Below, piece by piece: positions 57,080 to 64,000 of a stretch of DNA of 64,000 nucleotides (the first letter of the stretch is position 1; every line of letters begins with the position of its first letter). The stretch comes from the human T2T-CHM13v2.0 reference genome, Homo sapiens. The notes below the pieces were generated by a model. It saw only the letters and a program-made list of their open reading frames with translations. It was not told the origin of the DNA and made no database searches. Position numbers and translations under genes: made by a program. The stretch is taken from the NCBI RefSeq assembly GCF_009914755.1, contig NC_060936.1; one strand, 5' to 3'.

Positions 57080-57380
57080 AGTTATATGGCGTAAATCTTA
57101 ACTCTTCTTTCATATGACAATCCTTCAGTTGTTTAAGAAACTCATCCCTAGCTATTTTCCAGGTGAAACATTTCCTAGTGTCTTCAGTGCTTCCTTGAAT
57201 GACATGATACTCAACTTCTTTACCTTTGTACCCTCTCCACTCTTAGAAACATTCTTATTTCATTGCTATCTCTTTGAAAATGCAGTGCCCAGAATTGAGT
57301 ATTCCATTAAAGTCAAACGCAGGCAGTGTAGATTCAGTCTGTCCTTTCCTTTAATTGATATCCTGTGTTGATATTACTAT
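57080..57380. mobile_element. Possible L3/CR1 fragment
   Basis: aaaatgcagtgcccagaattgagtattcca resembles CR1/L3. Confidence 0.45.
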
Positions 57381-57502
57381 AATACAATTAAATGAATGTT
57401 ATTAAGATATTCCTAATGGTGTTTTATCAACATGGGCTAATTCAGCCCACATTGTGAGTTAATATTTCAAGTCTCTTCCCTCACCTTAAAAACACATCAC
57501 TT

Positions 57503-57805
<303 letters not shown>

Positions 57806-59312
57806 TCACTTTACTTATCTACCCATCATTTTATCATAGATCCTTAAACCCTACATATGTCGAGTATTGGTTGAAAATATAAATAAAGCCAATCCTCTAG
57901 CCTAGAATTATAATTAAGAAAAAAATATATTAAGTTACAATTAGAAACTTGTTATTTAAAAAAAGTATTTTTAAAACTCATATTATTCTGGCAAGGTAGA
58001 ATATGATTTCAGTTCCATTCTCTTTATTTTTAGTGTACTTGGACAAATGCATCATAGTTCTCTGTTGGGAAATTATGGAAGAGCTCTCAAACTGAGTTTC
58101 TTAAGTGCAGTGAGTCATAGATCTTAGTAGCAGCTTGGACAATTTAGTCATATTGAGGCCTATTAAGTCATCCATCTATTTTTTACAAAGTTAATAATCC
58201 CTGTTCCCGAAGTGTTCTCTAAGGCCCACTCGGATTGGTTACTAAGAACAAAAAGAGAATTTGGGAGTCTTGTAGATTTTCTGTTCCATCTGCCTGAACA
58301 ATTTCAGTATGTTTATCCTCCTTTGAGTTTACAAACATTTATGAGGGCCTACTATTTACTAACAAGGATTTATTGGGAATTTGCCCTCCTTGGAGTATTT
58401 TGAAATGGTGCAGAACTCTATTAAACATGGGTCTTAAGGCACTCAGTCATGTCCAAGAGAGACAATCAGTCAGGGTTCTTTGTTACCAACAAGAGAAACT
58501 AATCATTTAGTCCAAACAAAGAAGGAATTTAAATTTGAAGAATGTGGATGGAAAACCTAAAGAGCCAGCCTTGGAAAAGGAATCGAGAAATCAAGAATAG
58601 CTATTTGATTAGAATAGAATATCTTCTATTTGACTATCTGGAATGATTGAATTCTTACCGGTTTTTCTAGTTTTGCATCATTTGGCTCACGTTTTGAAGA
58701 TTTAGGAGGACAGTTCTATTGGCTATGCACCTTTCCTTTGGTTGGACAGACAGTGCTGAGACAAATGATAGGACAGAAGACCTCTCTCTTCAGCCTTCAT
58801 AGTGGGAGGGTAGGACTCCTTGATTTCTTCTGCTACCTTGACTACACACAGCGAGGGAGAAGGACTTCCCCAAAAGGAAATAGAGGTGATGTTAGGAAAC
58901 AACTTTATGTGGAAGAATGCCCACTACAGGGACATGTGCTTAAGCTGCTGTGATAGAAGTCAAACTGTATTAAGGGCTGGAACACAGAAATAAATAAGGT
59001 TATGGCAGCATAACCTTATTATGCTGAAGAGAATTTAGAAAGACTCAAAACACATATGGTCTACCAATTTGACTTTGAAGGTCAACTAGGATTTCAACAG
59101 AAGGAAGAGGCATGACCATTCAGATGCAGGAAAGAGCATAATGATAGGAACGGTGCATTACACTGGTTCTGAAAGCAAGCTTTATCGTTAGGTGTTTAAA
59201 AGCTAGATATGTCACCTGATGGCTATTACAGCCTTAGACAAATTACTTAATTTCTCTGAATCTTAGTTTCTACATCAGTAAAATGAGGAAATTAATACCT
59301 ACCTTATAGTAT

Positions 59313-59553
59313 TAGGGCTGCCAAATTAAATACAATGTTCCCAATTAAATTTAAATTTCAGATAAACAAGTATTTTTGAAATACTTGTTTGAATTTTTGA
59401 ATATTTGAATATTCCTAATTCAAATATTTGAAATTCAAATATTTGAAAATTCCTAAATATTGCATACGACACACATAATAAAAAATTATATCGTTTGAAA
59501 TTCAGATTTAGCAGGACATCCTGTATTGTAATGTATTATGTCTGGCAATCCTA
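59313..59553. mobile_element. MER53 palindromic MITE inserted in a MIR
   Basis: TIRs tagggctgcca / tggcaatccta; aaatttaaatttcagataaaca and tgaaattcagattta arms; MIR on both sides. Confidence 0.8.
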
Positions 59554-60489
59554 CGTAGCCTTGTTATGGCAATTAAATAATTGGTGTAGAATGTCCAGTT
59601 TGATTTTTGGCACATACTTGGTGTTCAGTAATAAATGGTTGATAAATAAAGAAATCATTTTTCTTGTCACCAACATGATAAGCAAAATTCAGAACCCTGA
59701 AAGTACCTATGCCTCAGAATCCTTGTTATCTCAGTTACCACTTCATTTAGCAGTTTCCCAGTTAACTTGTGCTAGAATACCAATAAGATGGTCTCTCATT
59801 ATGCTGTATAAATACAGAAGCCATTCATCTTCATCTTGTATTTGTATGGTTTATCTTTCCTTCTGATTGTTTCAATTCTTTCTCCTGTTTATCAATTTCA
59901 TTTTGACCTTATCCTTTAGACACTCATAATTAATGAATATTATTTTCTGCTTCCTTTATGGACCAAAAATATAAGTGGTAAATGGTACTAGGTTTGGGAC
60001 TATAATTTAAGACTCAAGAGCATAGTAAACTGAAGCACTGATTTTGATTTTTTTGAGTTTGAAACTATAAAGCTTAGTGGATATAGATCAAATTATCCCA
60101 GCTAATGACTATGCCATATAAAATAGAATTGGAAGCTTTCTGAAATCTAAAATACTTCTTCTATTGCTTTTTCCTTATCTGTTAGACCCATCATACAATC
60201 CTAGAGAAGTGTCATTAATCACAGAATATGTCCTTTAGTCTCATTTAGAATTTGTAAAATAATGTTTTGCCGATATGTGTTATTCCCAAGTAATTTCTAA
60301 TACAGGTTCTTTTATCTCACTTTTTAAAACCTATGGCCCTTTCCACATTTATGCATGATTATTGTTCCCTAAGAATCTATCTAGTATTTAAATGCTAGGA
60401 CATAATTGATTTTCCAGGAGAGAAACATTAGGATTTTCTTGTTTCCAAACAGCTAGAATGATTAGTACTGTCTGTATACTTAGGCATTA

Positions 60490-60750
60490 AATGCATAGTT
60501 TGATAATAATAAAATTATAGCTACAATATATTAAGCCCTCTACCATATTCCCAACCTCAAAAACTGTTCAACTGTTTTCATTCATTATCTCATTTAATTC
60601 CCATAATATTCTCATGCTATTTTCCTTATTTGATGGGTGGGGAAACTAAGGCATGAAGAAGGGTAAGTACCTTGCCTAAGGTTATACAGCCAGTAAATGG
60701 TGAAGGCAAGATTCTAGCTCAGGTGTTCTTATTCTCGTATTTAATGTGCT
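60490..60750 (-). mobile_element. MIR SINE
   Basis: ggaaactaaggcatgaagaagggtaagtaccttgcctaaggttatacagc. Confidence 0.7.
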
Positions 60751-61477
60751 ATTACTTTCTTCTTCACACAACTTGGCAGAAACATTTCTAGCAAATTATC
60801 ATAAAAAAGCCTTAGAAAATTTAAATTAAAAGCCCTGCAGTAGCTCAAACCTTAGCGTAAGAAAACCATACTAAAGAAGGGACCAGTTAGGTTCTGTTGA
60901 TTGCTTGTGTAATCGTCTTCAAAGTTTATTATTTCCTTCAGTGTAAGTGATGTCCACTTTGTAGCTTCTCTTTCTGGTCTACTATGCTCTGGACTTTTGT
61001 TTTTCATCCTCCATTTTTTGGGTTCTGATATAATAAAATTCATTCCTATTTCCCTGAGTTTCAAAGATTTCTTTCTGGAACCAATGTCAAGGCCTGGTCT
61101 CAAATTAGGGAACAGACTGTCTTCTGTTTCTCCCTTTAAAGAGCAGTACCAGAAGATGTGGGGAGAGGGAGAGGAGAGGACTATTAAGGAGAGACTTTTA
61201 AAAGAAGAAGGACAGTCAAGAAAGACTTGTTCCTAGTTCTGCCAAGAGTCAGGATAAACTTATGCTTTAGGGAAACAAAAATAAGGAAAAGATAAATATA
61301 TGACCAATCTTTAGAATAACGATCATAATACTGCAACCCTACATTTACTTGATATTCTGTTGTTTCCAAAGGGCTTTCACAAATTTTTCTCCTGCATTTC
61401 ATTTAGTCCTCATAGCAGTCTGTGAGGTGGAATTATGCCTATTTTACTATGGCATAGGAAGTGAAGTTACTAGCTCA

Positions 61478-62008
<531 letters not shown>

Positions 62009-62819
62009 TCAACTTTTTATCTTGAAGATGAGCATTAGTTAAGAGTGAAATTTTGGGGGCTTTCTATCCCCTTTTCTGAAAATAGACACTTTATTGAGAA
62101 GTGTGGCTGAGGTTTGCTTATAGGATCTAAGGAACCTGGCTGTTCTCTTGAACAGAACTGAAGCGTGTATGAGATAATCAGTCTTCCTATTTGTGAATGG
62201 ATTTTTGGGGTGGCTGGAAGATAAAATTGTATGGAAAAAGCGACAAGGGCTACTTTGGACTTCTGTTTTATTTCTCATTGCATTGAAGGTGAATGTGGTG
62301 CCTTTCAGAACAGTTAGTGCTGTGGTTTAGAAATAACACTGTAATTATCCTTCATTTGAATCTCTTCCTCTTTAAGTGGGTTTTTTTAGATGTGTGATGT
62401 GAGTTTAGTCAATAGGTGGGGGTGCTTAGGAAAACAAGCTATTTTGGTCCTTGGCAAATGTGGGCATTGGTATCTGTGTTCCTTGCTATCATTTGCTGAG
62501 TAACAACATTATTTTTTTTCTAAAAATATATACCACATTCTTCTCTTATTTGCATTTGCTTTTCATTTTACTGAGGGACATATACACACACATTTTGATC
62601 TATAGGATGCATTTAGAGGGAATTTTCTGAAAAATCATTTTACAACCTTTTGAGCACAGAAAGTGAATGAAGAAGAGCCATAAAAAGGCAGCCACAAAGA
62701 AAAGCAAATGGTTAATTTCTGGAAAAGAGCATTGCGTTTTGTGGAATTTAAAACTGCTTCTTCTGCCTGAGGCTATTTAAAATAATTTTATATTTTAGAA
62801 GCTTGAAGAGATTTAAGTA

Positions 62820-63105
62820 CAGCAATGTGCCCCTTATCCATAGCTTTGTTTTTCATCGTTTCAGTTACAATAAGAATTCTGAGAGAAAGACAGAAATTGC
62901 TCTATCATTATTGTTATAATTGTTCTATTTTGTTATTAGTTATTGTTATCAATCTCTTATTGTTCCTAATTTAGAAATTAAGTTTTATCATAGGTATGTA
63001 TGTATAGGAAAAAAAGCATATATATAGGGTTCAGTACTATCCACAGTTTCAGATATCCACTGGGGGTCTTGGAATGTATCCGCTGAAGATAGGGCGGGAT
63101 GCTTT
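62820..63105. mobile_element. MER44A (Tigger7-derived) element
   Basis: ccccttatcc...tttcagttac...tatagggttcagtactatccacagtttcagatatccactgggggtcttgga. Confidence 0.8.
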
Positions 63106-64000
63106 AACCATTTAGCTTAGGATTATACAACTATAACTAGTAGAGCTGAGATTTAAAAGTCTAAGCCCTTAGCCATGGTGGATAGTCAGTTAATAGTGAG
63201 CTTTTATTTTGCTTGATTGTCTGAGTTTGAGCTGACAGGCCGATGCACAAGAGGGGCAGAGTCCTAGCTTTTTTGAGGATTGTCATTTCGCAAGGGCAAT
63301 ATTCCTTCTCATATTTATCTCAAGCCCTTCATGTATAAAGACTTATTCAAGACAAAAGGGTAAACAACATTTAGTGAGGCTGAAAATTGCACAGTTTCTG
63401 TTCTGTAACGCCTCCTAATCCTGAGTTTGTCTCTTCTCCTCATCTGCAAGAGCCCTCGTCATCACAACAGACCTCAGCATCTAGGAGATTGGAAGACACC
63501 ACAGAATTCTGCCTATGTGATTCACAAATCCTTCTTGCTATTTGAAGCTTTGCAATTCTGACTTCCAGGCCCTCTAGGGAACTTTTAGTGCAGGGATGCA
63601 TTATAACTTAGGAGATCATGATCTTACCAATCCTGGAAAACATAGAAGCAATTCTGCTGAAGGAGAGCCATTACTGGCCGATGCAGTAGAATTATTATTT
63701 CCATTTTAGACCTGAGAAATATCTGCCTGCTGTTAGCCAAATGTGGTTCTCCCATCAGGACCCAGTAAAGAACTTGGCCATTAGGACTACTCAGCATTAA
63801 TCATTTGAGGGAATAGCTTTAGCCTTATAGTGACTAGTGTGAGTGAATCAATATGTTTATTCCTGCTAATATGAGCCAAGCTTTCTTCTGTAAAAGAATG
63901 AACTTACAACATCATAAGATTTATGGTTTTACACAATACTAATAAAATGACATGAATATTTTTTGCACGTATGAAGCATCTTCTATTGTGAAGCTTTTTT

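Overview
This is primate genomic DNA, very probably human: it carries Alu, L1PA and LTR12 elements and one AluYa5-lineage copy. It is AT-rich, CpG-poor and mostly interspersed repeats. The only recognisable gene sequence is one 195-nt exon at 51074-51268 (+), with 140 nt of 5' leader followed by ATG and MEASSSGITNGKTKVFHP. I recognise this from memory as the N-terminus of anoctamin-4 (ANO4/TMEM16D), so the rest of the window is most likely ANO4 intron. Almost all ORFs in the supplied track are chance ORFs or repeat-derived. I found no new multi-gene system. The best leads are: (1) the ANO4 leader is open in frame with the CDS, keeps CpGs as Arg codons, contains an RHSSLP motif, and also holds a 39-aa uORF ending 2 nt before the ATG; (2) an L1PA insertion with both a 5' inversion and a ~120-bp 3' transduction inside one 16-bp TSD; (3) five 5'-inverted L1s; (4) an ~80-bp local copy inserted into an MLT1 LTR; (5) a young AluYa-type insertion forming an inverted Alu pair; (6) a decayed ERVL provirus. 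Repeat subfamily names come from memory of consensus sequences. Boundaries of old repeats are approximate.
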